Below, in pieces: positions 9,893-19,597 of a stretch of 32,000 nucleotides of DNA. Made by a program: the position numbers and the translations under genes. The notes beneath the pieces were generated by a model. The model was given only the letters and a program-made list of their open reading frames with translations. It did not search any database and had not been told where the DNA came from. The DNA is from Cylindrospermopsis raciborskii Cr2010 (lineage in GTDB: Bacteria; Cyanobacteriota; Cyanobacteriia; Cyanobacteriales; Nostocaceae). The stretch spans positions 2,910,001 to 2,942,000 of the forward strand of contig NZ_CP065936.1 of the NCBI RefSeq assembly GCF_003367075.2, in the 5' to 3' direction. The first letter of the stretch is position 1. Every line of letters begins with the position of its first letter.

Positions 9893-10418
9893 ACGGACAG
9901 TCTCCAGGTAGGGGTTAATTCAACTAAATCACGGGTAATCCTTTGCAATCGCGTTTATATATATCCGTGGGTTTGTTGGGTTTCGTTCCTCAACCCAACC
10001 TACGAAGCTCTCCCACGGACAGTCTCCAGGTAGGGGTTAATTCAACTAAATCACGGGTAATCCTTTGCAATCGCGTTTATATATATCCTGTGGGTTTGTT
10101 GGGTTTTGTTCCTCAACCCAACCTACGAAGCTCTCCCACGGACAGTCTCCAGGTGTGGGTTAATTCAACTAAATCACGGGTAATCCTTTGCAATCGCATT
10201 TATATATATCCTGTGGGTTTGTTGGGTTTCGTTCCTCAACCCAACCTACGAAGCTCCCCCACGGACAGTCTCCAGGTAGGGGTTAATTCAACTAAATCAC
10301 GGGTAATCCTTTGCAATCGCGTTTATATATATCCTGTGGGTTTGTTGGGTTTTGTTCCTCAACCCAACCTACGAAACTGTCTCCCCCACGGACAGTCTCC
10401 AGGTAGGGGTTAATTCAA
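9893..10418 (+). repeat. 123-bp tandem repeat block 4, 4 units
   Basis: Phase marker at 9893 and 10388, a difference of 495 = 4 x 123 + 3. The extra 3 nt come from a 1-nt deletion at about 9966 and a last unit that ends with the linker-type 'ctgtctcccccacgg' instead of 'ctctcccacgg'. Confidence 0.95.
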
Positions 10419-10539
10419 ACAATTATAGTTAATCCCATAAGTAGTGCTTCGCAATCACTTTTAATTTAAAATAAATTCACATAAATAACCCCGGTGATTG
10501 AATTAGAGATAAACTAAAATTAAGATAATAAGCATTAGT

Positions 10540-12093
10540 ATGAACCCCAAAAATCTCCCCCTGGGGATCAACACCCTAGATAAACTACGCGGTAGCAACT
10601 GTATTTATGTGGACAAAACACCGCTTGCCCTCCAGTTAATAAAACAGCCTGGAGCCTTCTTTTTGTCTCGTCCCCGACGTTTTGGTAAAAGTCTGTTTCT
10701 AGATACCCTCAAGGAGATTTTTGAGGGGAATCAGAAATTATTTGAGGGGCTTTATATCCATGACCAATGGGACTGGAGTAGAAAATTCCCAGTGATTAAA
10801 ATAGATTTTGCTGGTGGGGTATTAAAAAACCGACAAGAGCTGGACCAAAAAATTAATGGTATTTTTTTAAAAACTGCCCAGTCCTTGGGAGTGGACTATG
10901 AACTAGAGGACATTCAAGGTCGTTTCGGAGAAATCATTGCTGGTGCATATCAACGATTTGGAGAAAGGACTGTGGTGCTGGTAGATGAATATGATAAACC
11001 CATCCTAGACAACATCGACAACCCAGCTATTGCTGCTGAAATGAGAGAGGGACTCAAAAACCTATACTCCGTCCTCAAGGAGCAGGATGCCAACCTGCAG
11101 TTTGTCTTCATGACTGGAGTCACCAAATTCTCCAAAGTCAGCCTTTTTAGCGGTTTAAACCAACTCACGGACATCACCATTGATACTAGATACTCTTCCA
11201 TCTGCGGTTACACGGAAACCGACCTCACCGAATCCTTCGGAGAACATCTTGCAGCAGCAGATCGAGAAGCGGTACGCTCTTGGTATAATGGTTATAACTG
11301 GACAGGTTCCGAGAGCGTTTATAACCCCTACGATATCCTCATGTTTATCGATAAGGGCAAGATATTTCACAACTACTGGTTTGAGACAGGTAGTCCCAGT
11401 TTTCTAGTCAAGCTATTCCAAGCCAAGTGCTACTTCCTCCCCAACCTAGAGCATCTAGAGGTAACCGAGGAGATCTTAGAGTCCTTTGAAGTAGAACGAA
11501 TTAACCCAGTTACCTTGTTATTTCAATCTGGGTATTTGACCATTGAGAGCACCTTTACCGCTATGGAACGTTACATGTTCCGACTGAAAATCCCCAACCG
11601 GGAGGTAAAAGTCGCCTTGGGAGATCAATTAGTCAACGCCTACACGGACTTCGTTGAAGAGAAATTGGGTATTCAGAGACCCTTGTATGAAAACTTATTT
11701 CAAGGTGATGTTAATGGATTTATCGACACAGTAAGACGCCTATTTGCTTCTATACCTTGGCGTAACTTTACCAACAATGACCTGGCTAATTTTGAGGGCT
11801 ACTACGCTTCTGTGCTATATGCTTTCTTGAGTTCCTTAAATGCGCGCATCATTCCCGAAGATATCACCAACTATGGTCAAGCGGACATAACGGCCATGTT
11901 GGGTAATCATATTTACGTGATAGAAATCAAAGTAGTAGATGGGGAGAACGTAAAAGAGAACCTAGCCCTAAAACAAATACGGGAATGTAACTATGCGCAA
12001 AAGTATAGGGGAGAACCGGGGAGAACCGTTCATGAAGTGGGGTTGGTTTTCAGTCGCAGCAAACGTAACCTCATCCAAGCAGATTGGGAATAA
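10540..12093 (+). CDS. AAA-ATPase_like + PD-(D/E)XK protein, copy 5, intact 517 aa (cassettes A-B-H2)
   Basis: Full-length ORF with the same motifs as copy 2. Confidence 0.9.
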   Translation: MNPKNLPLGINTLDKLRGSNCIYVDKTPLALQLIKQPGAFFLSRPRRFGKSLFLDTLKEIFEGNQKLFEGLYIHDQWDWSRKFPVIKIDFAGGVLKNRQELDQKINGIFLKTAQSLGVDYELEDIQGRFGEIIAGAYQRFGERTVVLVDEYDKPILDNIDNPAIAAEMREGLKNLYSVLKEQDANLQFVFMTGVTKFSKVSLFSGLNQLTDITIDTRYSSICGYTETDLTESFGEHLAAADREAVRSWYNGYNWTGSESVYNPYDILMFIDKGKIFHNYWFETGSPSFLVKLFQAKCYFLPNLEHLEVTEEILESFEVERINPVTLLFQSGYLTIESTFTAMERYMFRLKIPNREVKVALGDQLVNAYTDFVEEKLGIQRPLYENLFQGDVNGFIDTVRRLFASIPWRNFTNNDLANFEGYYASVLYAFLSSLNARIIPEDITNYGQADITAMLGNHIYVIEIKVVDGENVKENLALKQIRECNYAQKYRGEPGRTVHEVGLVFSRSKRNLIQADWE

Positions 12094-12164
12094 ATTAAGA
12101 TAAATATAATCAGTCACGATAAAACTGAATTAGGCTTTGAGACAATTAATTCCCTGTCTCCCCC

Positions 12165-12767
12165 ACGGACAGTCTCCAGATGTGGGTTAATTCAACTAAA
12201 TCACGGGTAATTCTTTGCAATCGCGTTTATATATATCCTGTGGGTTTGTTGGGTTTCGTTCCTCAACCCAACCTACGAAGCTCCCCCACGGACAGTCTCC
12301 AGGTAGGGGTTAATTCAAATAAATCACGGGTAATCCTTTGCAATCGCGTTTATATATATCCTGTGGGTTTGTTGGGTTTCGTTCCTCAACCCAACCTACG
12401 AAGCTCTCCCACGGACAGTCTCCAGATGTGGGTTAATTCAAATAAATCACGGGTAATCCTTTGCAATCGCGTTTATATATATCCTGTGGGTTTGTTGGGT
12501 TTCGTTCCTCAACCCAACCTACGAAGCTCTCCCACGGACAGTCTCCAGGTGTGGGTTAATTCAAATAAATCACGGGTAATCCTTTGCAATCGCGTTTATA
12601 TATATCCTGTGGGTTTGTTGGGTTTCGTTCCTCAACCCAACCTACGAAGCTCTCCCACGGACAGTCTCCAGGTGTGGGTTAATTCAAACAATTATAGTTG
12701 GGTTTCGTTCCTCAACCCAACCTACGAAGCTCTCCCACGGACAGTCTCCAGGTGTGGGTTAATTCAA
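12165..12767 (+). repeat. 123-bp tandem repeat block 5, 4 full units plus one aberrant 80-bp unit
   Basis: Phase marker at 12165, 12288, 12411, 12534 and 12657, then at 12737 (+80). The aberrant unit joins the leader start 'aattcaaacaattatagtt' to the middle of the hairpin 'gggtttcgttcc'. Units in this block carry the 'caaataaatc' variant. Confidence 0.95.
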
Positions 12768-12888
12768 ACAATTATAGTTAATCCCATAAGTAGTGCTTCG
12801 CAATCACTTTTAATTTAAAATAAATTCACATAAATAAGCCCGGTGATTGAATTAGAGATAAACTAGAGTTAGGATAATAAGCATTAGT

Positions 12889-14439
12889 ATGAACCCCAAA
12901 AATCTCCCGTTGGGAATCAACACCCTGAGTATGCTACGGGAAAACAATTGTGTCTATGTGGACAAAACCGAAATAGCTCACGGTCTGATCCGCATTCCTG
13001 GACGCTTCTTTCTATCTCGTCCCCGACGTTTCGGCAAAAGTCTGTTTATAGATACCCTCAAGGAGATTTTTGAGGGGAATCAAAAATTATTTGAGGGGCT
13101 TTATATCCATGACCAATGGGACTGGAGTAGAAAATTCCCAGTGATTAAAATAGATTTTGCTGGTGGGGTATTAAAAAACCGACAAGAGCTGGACCAAAAA
13201 ATTAATGGTATTTTTTTAAAAACTGCCCAATCCCTGGGAGTGGACTATGAACTAGAGGACATTCAAGGTCGTTTCGGAGAAATCATTGCTGGTGCATACC
13301 AACGATTTGGAGAAAGAACAGTGGTGCTGGTGGATGAATACGACAAACCCATCCTAGACAACATCGACAACCCAGCTATTGCTGCTGAAATGAGAGAGGG
13401 ACTCAAAAACCTATACTCAGTCCTCAAGGAACAGGATGCCAACATCCAGTTCATCTTCATGACTGGAGTCACCAAATTCTCCAAAGTCAGCCTTTTCAGT
13501 GGGTTAAATCAACTCACCGACATTACCATCAGTAGGGACTTTTCCACCATTTGTGGGTACACCCAGGAAGATTTGGAGCAAACCTTTGCCCAGCACTTGC
13601 AAGGGGTAGACTGGGATAAACTGCGCCTCTGGTATAATGGATACTCGTGGCGTGGCGATTCCGTTTATAACCCCTACGATATCTTACTGTTTATCCGTGA
13701 GGGAATGGAGTATGGCAACTACTGGTTTGAGACAGGAAACCCCACCTTCTTAATTAAGCTATTTCAGACCAACTGCTACTTCCTCCCCAAATTAGAGCAT
13801 CTAGAAGTAACCGAAGAGATTTTAAAGTCCTTTGAAATAGAACGAATTAACCCAGTCACCCTGTTATTTCAATCTGGGTATTTGACCATTGAGAGCACCT
13901 TTACTGCTATGGAACGTTACATGTTCCGACTGAAAATTCCCAACCGGGAGGTAAAAGTCGCCTTGGGAGATCAATTAGTCAACGCCTACACGGACTTCGT
14001 TGAAGAGAAATTGGGTATTCAGAGACCCTTATATGAAAACTTATTTCAAGGCGATGTTAATGGATTTATAGACACAGTAAGACGCCTATTTGCTTCTATA
14101 CCTTGGCGAAACTTTACCAACAATGACCTGGCTAATTTTGAGGGCTACTACGCTTCTGTGCTATATGCTTTCTTGAGTTCCTTAAATGCGCGCATCATTC
14201 CCGAAGATATCACCAACTATGGTCAAGCGGACATAACGGCCATGTTGGGTAATCATATTTACGTGATAGAAATCAAAGTAGTAGATGGGGAGAACGTAAA
14301 AGAGAACCTAGCCCTAAAACAAATACGGGAATGTAACTATGCGCAAAAGTATAGGGGAGAACCAGGTAAAACTGTTCATGAAGTGGGGTTAGTTTTTAGT
14401 CGCAGCAAACGTAATCTCATTCAAGCAGATTGGGAATAA
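12889..14439 (+). CDS. AAA-ATPase_like + PD-(D/E)XK protein, copy 6, intact 516 aa (cassettes B-B-H3)
   Basis: Full-length ORF with the same motifs as copy 2. Confidence 0.9.
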   Translation: MNPKNLPLGINTLSMLRENNCVYVDKTEIAHGLIRIPGRFFLSRPRRFGKSLFIDTLKEIFEGNQKLFEGLYIHDQWDWSRKFPVIKIDFAGGVLKNRQELDQKINGIFLKTAQSLGVDYELEDIQGRFGEIIAGAYQRFGERTVVLVDEYDKPILDNIDNPAIAAEMREGLKNLYSVLKEQDANIQFIFMTGVTKFSKVSLFSGLNQLTDITISRDFSTICGYTQEDLEQTFAQHLQGVDWDKLRLWYNGYSWRGDSVYNPYDILLFIREGMEYGNYWFETGNPTFLIKLFQTNCYFLPKLEHLEVTEEILKSFEIERINPVTLLFQSGYLTIESTFTAMERYMFRLKIPNREVKVALGDQLVNAYTDFVEEKLGIQRPLYENLFQGDVNGFIDTVRRLFASIPWRNFTNNDLANFEGYYASVLYAFLSSLNARIIPEDITNYGQADITAMLGNHIYVIEIKVVDGENVKENLALKQIRECNYAQKYRGEPGKTVHEVGLVFSRSKRNLIQADWE

Positions 14440-14510
14440 GTTAAGATAAATATAATCACTCACGATAAAACTGAATTAGGCTTTGAGACAATTAATTCCC
14501 TGTCTCCCCC

Positions 14511-14611
14511 ACGGACAGTCTCCAGGTGTGGGTTAATTCAACTAAATCACGGGTAATCCTTTGCAATCGCATTTATATATATCCTGTGGGTTTGTTGGGT
14601 TTCGTTCCTCA
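14511..14611 (+). repeat. single truncated 123-bp unit (about 0.8 unit), broken inside its hairpin
   Basis: The unit runs normally up to '...gggtttcgttcctca'. It then continues as gene sequence 'gaggaagatatttcgcaac', which corresponds to codon ~273 of the paralog. Confidence 0.9.
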
Positions 14612-15350
14612 GAGGAAGATATTTCGCAACTACTGGTTTGAGACAGGTGGTCCCAGCTTTCTAGTCAAGCTATTCCAAGCCAAGTGCTACTTCCTCCCCA
14701 ACCTAGAGCATCTAGAGGTAACCGAGGAGATCTTAGAGTCCTTTGAAATAGAACGAATTAACCCAGTCACCCTGTTATTTCAATCTGGGTATTTGACCAT
14801 TGAGAGCACCTTTACCGCTATGGAACGTTACATGTTCCGACTGAAAATCCCCAACCGGGAGGTAAAAGTCGCCTTGGGAGATCAATTAGTCAACGCCTAC
14901 ACGGACTTCGTTGAAGAGAAATTGGGTATTCAGAGACCCTTGTATGAAAACTTATTTCAAGGTGATGTTAATGGATTTATCGACACAGTAAGACGCCTAT
15001 TTGCTTCTATACCTTGGCGTAACTTTACCAACAATAACCTGGCTAATTTCGAGGGCTACTACGCTTCTGTGCTATATGCTTTCCTGAGTTCCTTAAATGC
15101 GCGCATCATTCCCGAAGATATCACCAATTACGGTCAAGCGGACATAACGGCCATGTTGGGTAATCATATTTACGTGATAGAAATCAAAGTAGTAGATGGG
15201 GACAATGTAAAAGAGAACCTAGCCCTAAAACAAATACGGGAATGTAACTATGCGCAAAAGTATAGAGGAGAACCGGGGAGAACCGTTCATGAAGTAGGCT
15301 TGGTTTTCAGTCGCAGCAAACGTAACCTCATTCAAGCAGATTGGGAATAA
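14612..15350 (+). pseudogene. AAA-ATPase_like + PD-(D/E)XK protein, copy 7, 5'-truncated (C-terminal ~245 codons, H2-type; nuclease domain only)
   Basis: Colinear with aa ~273-517 of copy 8. It lacks the ATPase half and the leader. The open frame of the repeat happens to be fused in frame, giving the 274-aa track ORF 14526-15350 with a GTG start. Confidence 0.8.
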
Positions 15351-15487
15351 ATGTGGGTTAATTCAAACAATTATAGTTAATCCCATAAGTAGTGCTTCGC
15401 AATCACTTTTAATTTAAAATAAATTCACATAAATAACCCCGGTGATTGAATTAGAGATAAACTAAAATTAAGATAATAAGCATTAGT

Positions 15488-17041
15488 ATGAACCCCAAAA
15501 ATCTCCCCCTGGGGATCAACACCCTAGATAAACTACGCGGTAGCAACTGTATTTATGTGGACAAAACACCGCTTGCCCTCCAGTTAATAAAACAGCCTGG
15601 AGCCTTCTTTTTGTCTCGTCCCCGACGTTTTGGTAAAAGTCTGTTTATAGATACCCTCAAGGAGATTTTTGAAGGGAATAAGAAATTATTTGAGGGGCTT
15701 TATATCCATGACCAGTGGGACTGGAGTAGAAAATTCCCAGTGATTAAAATAGATTTTGCTGGTGGGGTATTAAAAAACCGACAAGAGCTGGATCTGCGCA
15801 TACTGGATATTTTGCACGAAAACGCAGAGCATCTGGATGTGTCATACAAGTCAACTGATATACCGGGAAAATTGGGAACTTTGATTCGTAAGGCCATGGC
15901 AAAATATGGACAACGTGCTGTGGTGCTGGTGGATGAATACGACAAACCCATCCTAGACAATATAGACAACCCACCTATTGCTGCTGAAATGAGAGAGGGG
16001 CTCAAGAATCTATACTCCGTTCTCAAGCAACAGGATGCCAACATCCAGTTCGTCTTCATGACTGGAGTCACCAAATTCTCCAAAGTCAGCCTTTTTAGTG
16101 GTTTAAACCAACTCACGGACATCACCATTGATACCAGATACTCCTCCATCTGCGGTTACACGGAAACCGACCTCACCGAATCCTTCGGAGAACATCTTGC
16201 AGGAGCAGATCGAGAAGCGGTACGCTCTTGGTATAATGGTTATAACTGGACAGGTTCCGAGAGCGTTTACAACCCCTACGATATCCTCATGTTTATCGAT
16301 AAGAGGAAGATATTTCGCAACTACTGGTTTGAGACAGGTAGTCCCAGTTTTCTAGTCAAGCTATTCCAAGCCAAGTGCTACTTCCTCCCCAACCTAGAGC
16401 ATCTAGAGGTAACCGAGGAGATCCTAGAGTCCTTTGAAGTAGAACGGATAAACCCAGTTACCTTGTTATTTCAATCTGGGTATTTGACCATTGAGAGCAC
16501 CTTTACCGCTATGGAACGTTACATGTTCCGACTGAAAATCCCCAACCGGGAGGTAAAAGTCGCCTTGGGAGATCAATTAGTCAACGCCTACACGGACTTC
16601 GTTGAAGAGAAATTGGGTATTCAGAGACCCTTATATGAAAACTTATTTCAAGGCGATGTTAATGGATTTATAGACACAGTAAGACGCCTATTTGCTTCTA
16701 TACCTTGGCGGAACTTTACTAACAATGACCTGGCTAATTTTGAGGGTTACTATGCTTCTGTGCTATATGCTTTCTTGAGTTCCTTAAATGCGCGCATCAT
16801 TCCCGAAGATATCACCAACTATGGTCAAGCGGACATAACAGCCATCTTAGGTGATCATATTTACGTGATAGAAATCAAAGTAGTAGATGGGGACAATGTA
16901 AAAGAGAACCTAGCCCTAAAACAAATTCGGGAATGTAACTATGCGCAAAAGTATAGAGGAGAACCGGGGAGAACCGTTCATGAAGTGGGGTTGGTTTTCA
17001 GTCGCAGCAAACGTAACCTCATTCAAGCAGATTGGGAATAA
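15488..17041 (+). CDS. AAA-ATPase_like + PD-(D/E)XK protein, copy 8, intact 517 aa (cassettes A-A-H2)
   Basis: Full-length ORF with the same motifs as copy 2. Confidence 0.9.
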   Translation: MNPKNLPLGINTLDKLRGSNCIYVDKTPLALQLIKQPGAFFLSRPRRFGKSLFIDTLKEIFEGNKKLFEGLYIHDQWDWSRKFPVIKIDFAGGVLKNRQELDLRILDILHENAEHLDVSYKSTDIPGKLGTLIRKAMAKYGQRAVVLVDEYDKPILDNIDNPPIAAEMREGLKNLYSVLKQQDANIQFVFMTGVTKFSKVSLFSGLNQLTDITIDTRYSSICGYTETDLTESFGEHLAGADREAVRSWYNGYNWTGSESVYNPYDILMFIDKRKIFRNYWFETGSPSFLVKLFQAKCYFLPNLEHLEVTEEILESFEVERINPVTLLFQSGYLTIESTFTAMERYMFRLKIPNREVKVALGDQLVNAYTDFVEEKLGIQRPLYENLFQGDVNGFIDTVRRLFASIPWRNFTNNDLANFEGYYASVLYAFLSSLNARIIPEDITNYGQADITAILGDHIYVIEIKVVDGDNVKENLALKQIRECNYAQKYRGEPGRTVHEVGLVFSRSKRNLIQADWE

Positions 17042-17080
17042 ATTAAGATAAACTAGGATAATAAGCACATATTCTTTATT

Positions 17081-18632
17081 ATGAACCCCAAAAATCTCCC
17101 CCTGGGGATCAACACCCTAGATAAACTACGCGGTAGCAACTGTATTTACGTGGACAAAACACGACTTGCACTCCAGTTGATAAAACAACCTGGAGCCTTC
17201 TTTCTATCTCGTCCGCGACGTTTTGGCAAAAGTCTGTTTATAGATACCCTCAAGGAGATTTTTGAAGGGAATAAGAAATTATTTGAGGGGCTTTATATCC
17301 ATGACCAGTGGGACTGGAGTAGAAAATTCCCAGTGATTAAAATAGATTTTGCTGGTGGAGTATTAAAAAACCGACAAGAGCTGGACCAAAAAATTAATGG
17401 TATTTTTTTAAAAACTGCCCAGTCCCTGGGAGTGGACTATGAACTAGAGGACATTCAAGGTCGTTTCGGAGAAATCATTGCTGGTGCATACCAACGATTT
17501 GGAGAAAGAACAGTGGTGCTGGTGGATGAATACGACAAACCCATCCTAGACAACATCGACAACCCAGCTATTGCTGCTGAAATGAGAGAGGGACTCAAAA
17601 ACCTATACTCAGTCCTCAAGGAACAGGATGCCAACATCCAGTTCATCTTCATGACTGGAGTCACCAAATTCTCCAAAGTCAGCCTTTTCAGTGGGTTAAA
17701 TCAACTCACCGACATTACCATCAGTAGGGACTTTTCCACCATTTGTGGGTATCACCCAGGAAGATTTGGAGCAAACCTTTCGCCCAGCACTTGCAAGGGG
17801 TAGACTGGGATAAACTGCGCCTCTGGTATAATGGATACTCGTGGCGTGGCGATTCCGTTTATAACCCCTACGATATCTTACTGTTTATCCGTGAGGGAAT
17901 GGAGTATGGCAACTACTGGTTTGAGACAGGAAACCCCACCTTCTTAATTAAGCTATTTCAGACCAACTGCTACTTCCTCCCCAAATTAGAGCATCTAGAA
18001 GTAACCGAAGAGATTTTAAAGTCCTTTGAAATAGAACGAATTAACCCAGTCACCCTGTTATTTCAATCTGGGTATTTGACCATTGAGAGCACCTTTACTG
18101 CTATGGAACGTTACATGTTCCGACTGAAAATTCCCAACCAGGAAGTGAAAGTCGCCTTGGGAGATCAATTAGTCAACGCCTACACGGACTTCGTTGAAGA
18201 GAAATTGGGTATTCAGAGACCCTTGTATGAAAACTTATTTCAAGGTGATGTTAATGGATTTATCGACACAGTAAGACGCCTATTTGCTTCTATACCTTGG
18301 CGGAACTTTACTAACAATGACCTGGCTAATTTTGAGGGTTACTATGCTTCTGTGCTATATGCTTTCTTGAGTTCCTTAAATGCGCGCATCATTCCCGAAG
18401 ATATCACCAACTATGGTCAAGCGGACATAACAGCCATCTTAGGTGATCATATTTACGTGATAGAAATCAAAGTAGTAGATGGGGACAATGTAAAAGAGAA
18501 CCTAGCCCTAAAACAAATACGGGAATGTAACTATGCGCAAAAGTATAGAGGAGAACCAGTAAAACTGTTCATGAAGTGGGGTTGGTTTTTAGTCGCAGCA
18601 AACGTAATCTCATTCAAGCAGATTGGGAATAA
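17081..18632 (+). pseudogene. AAA-ATPase_like + PD-(D/E)XK protein, copy 9, frame-disrupted (cassettes A-B-H3)
   Basis: ORF pieces 17081-17803 and 17743-18642. Indels lie at about 17750-17800 and in a second patch from about 18555 that continues into the non-coding linker and the first repeat unit (to about 18790). The gene is only 39 nt downstream of copy 8, with no repeat block and no TTGAAT box between them. Confidence 0.75.
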
Positions 18633-18696
18633 ATTAAGATAAATATAATCACTCACGATAAAAGATTAGGCTTCTGATTAATTCACCTGTCTCCCC

Positions 18697-19476
18697 ACGG
18701 ACAGTCTCCAGGTGTGGGTTAATTCCAACTAAATCACGGGTAATCCTTTTGCAATCGCGTTTATATATTGTCCTGTGGGTTTGTTGGGTTTCGTTCCTCA
18801 ACCCAACCTACGAAGCTCTCCCACGGACAGTCTCCAGGTAGGGGTTAATTCAACTAAATCACGGGTAATCCTTTGCAATCGCGTTTATATATATCCTGTG
18901 GGTTTGTTGGGTTTCGTTCCTCAACCCAACCTACGAAGCTCTCCCACGGACAGTCTCCAGGTGTGGGTTAATTCAACTAAATCACGGGTAATCCTTTGCA
19001 ATCGCGTTTATATATATCCTGTGGGTTTGTTGGGTTTCGTTCCTCAACCCAACCTACGAAGCTCTCCCACGGACAGTCTCCAGGTGTGGGTTAATTCAAC
19101 TAAATCACGGGTAATCCTTTGCAATCGCGTTTATATATATCCTGTGGGTTTGTTGGGTTTCGTTCCTCAACCCAACCTACGAAGCTCTCCCACGGACAGT
19201 CTCCAGGTGTGGGTTAATTCAACTAAATCACGGGTAATCCTTTGCAATCGCGTTTATATATATCCTGTGGGTTTGTTGGGTTTCGTTCCTCAACCCAACC
19301 TACGAAGCTCTCCCACGGACAGTCTCCAGGTGTGGGTTAATTCAACTAAATCACGGGTAATCCTTTGCAATCGCGTTTATATATATCCTGTGGGTTTGTT
19401 GGGTTTCGTTCCTCAACCCAACCTACGAAGCTACGAAGCTCTCCCACGGACGGTCTCCAGGTTTCGGTTAATTCAA
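18697..19476 (+). repeat. 123-bp tandem repeat block 7, 6 units
   Basis: Phase marker at 18697, 18823 (+126, three 1-nt insertions), 18946, 19069, 19192, 19315 and 19446 (+131, an 8-bp 'ctacgaag' duplication). Junctions are mostly 'gtgtg'. Confidence 0.95.
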
Positions 19477-19597
19477 ATAATTATAGTTAATCCCATAAGT
19501 AGTGCTTCGCAATCACTTTTAATTTAAAATAAATTCACATAAATAACCCCGGTGATTGAATTAGAGATAAACTAGAGTTAGGATAATAAGCATTAGT

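Noticed and set aside
15700-16149. Minus-strand ORFs inside the paralogs (for example 15700-16149, 22195-22644, 1708-2043, 6488-6793 and the 71-83 aa families), and short plus-strand alternative-frame ORFs (4503-4772, 6772-7041 and others)
   Set aside because: They lie entirely within the well-supported plus-strand genes, recur only because the genes are repeated, and have no start context. They are antisense or alternate-frame artefacts.
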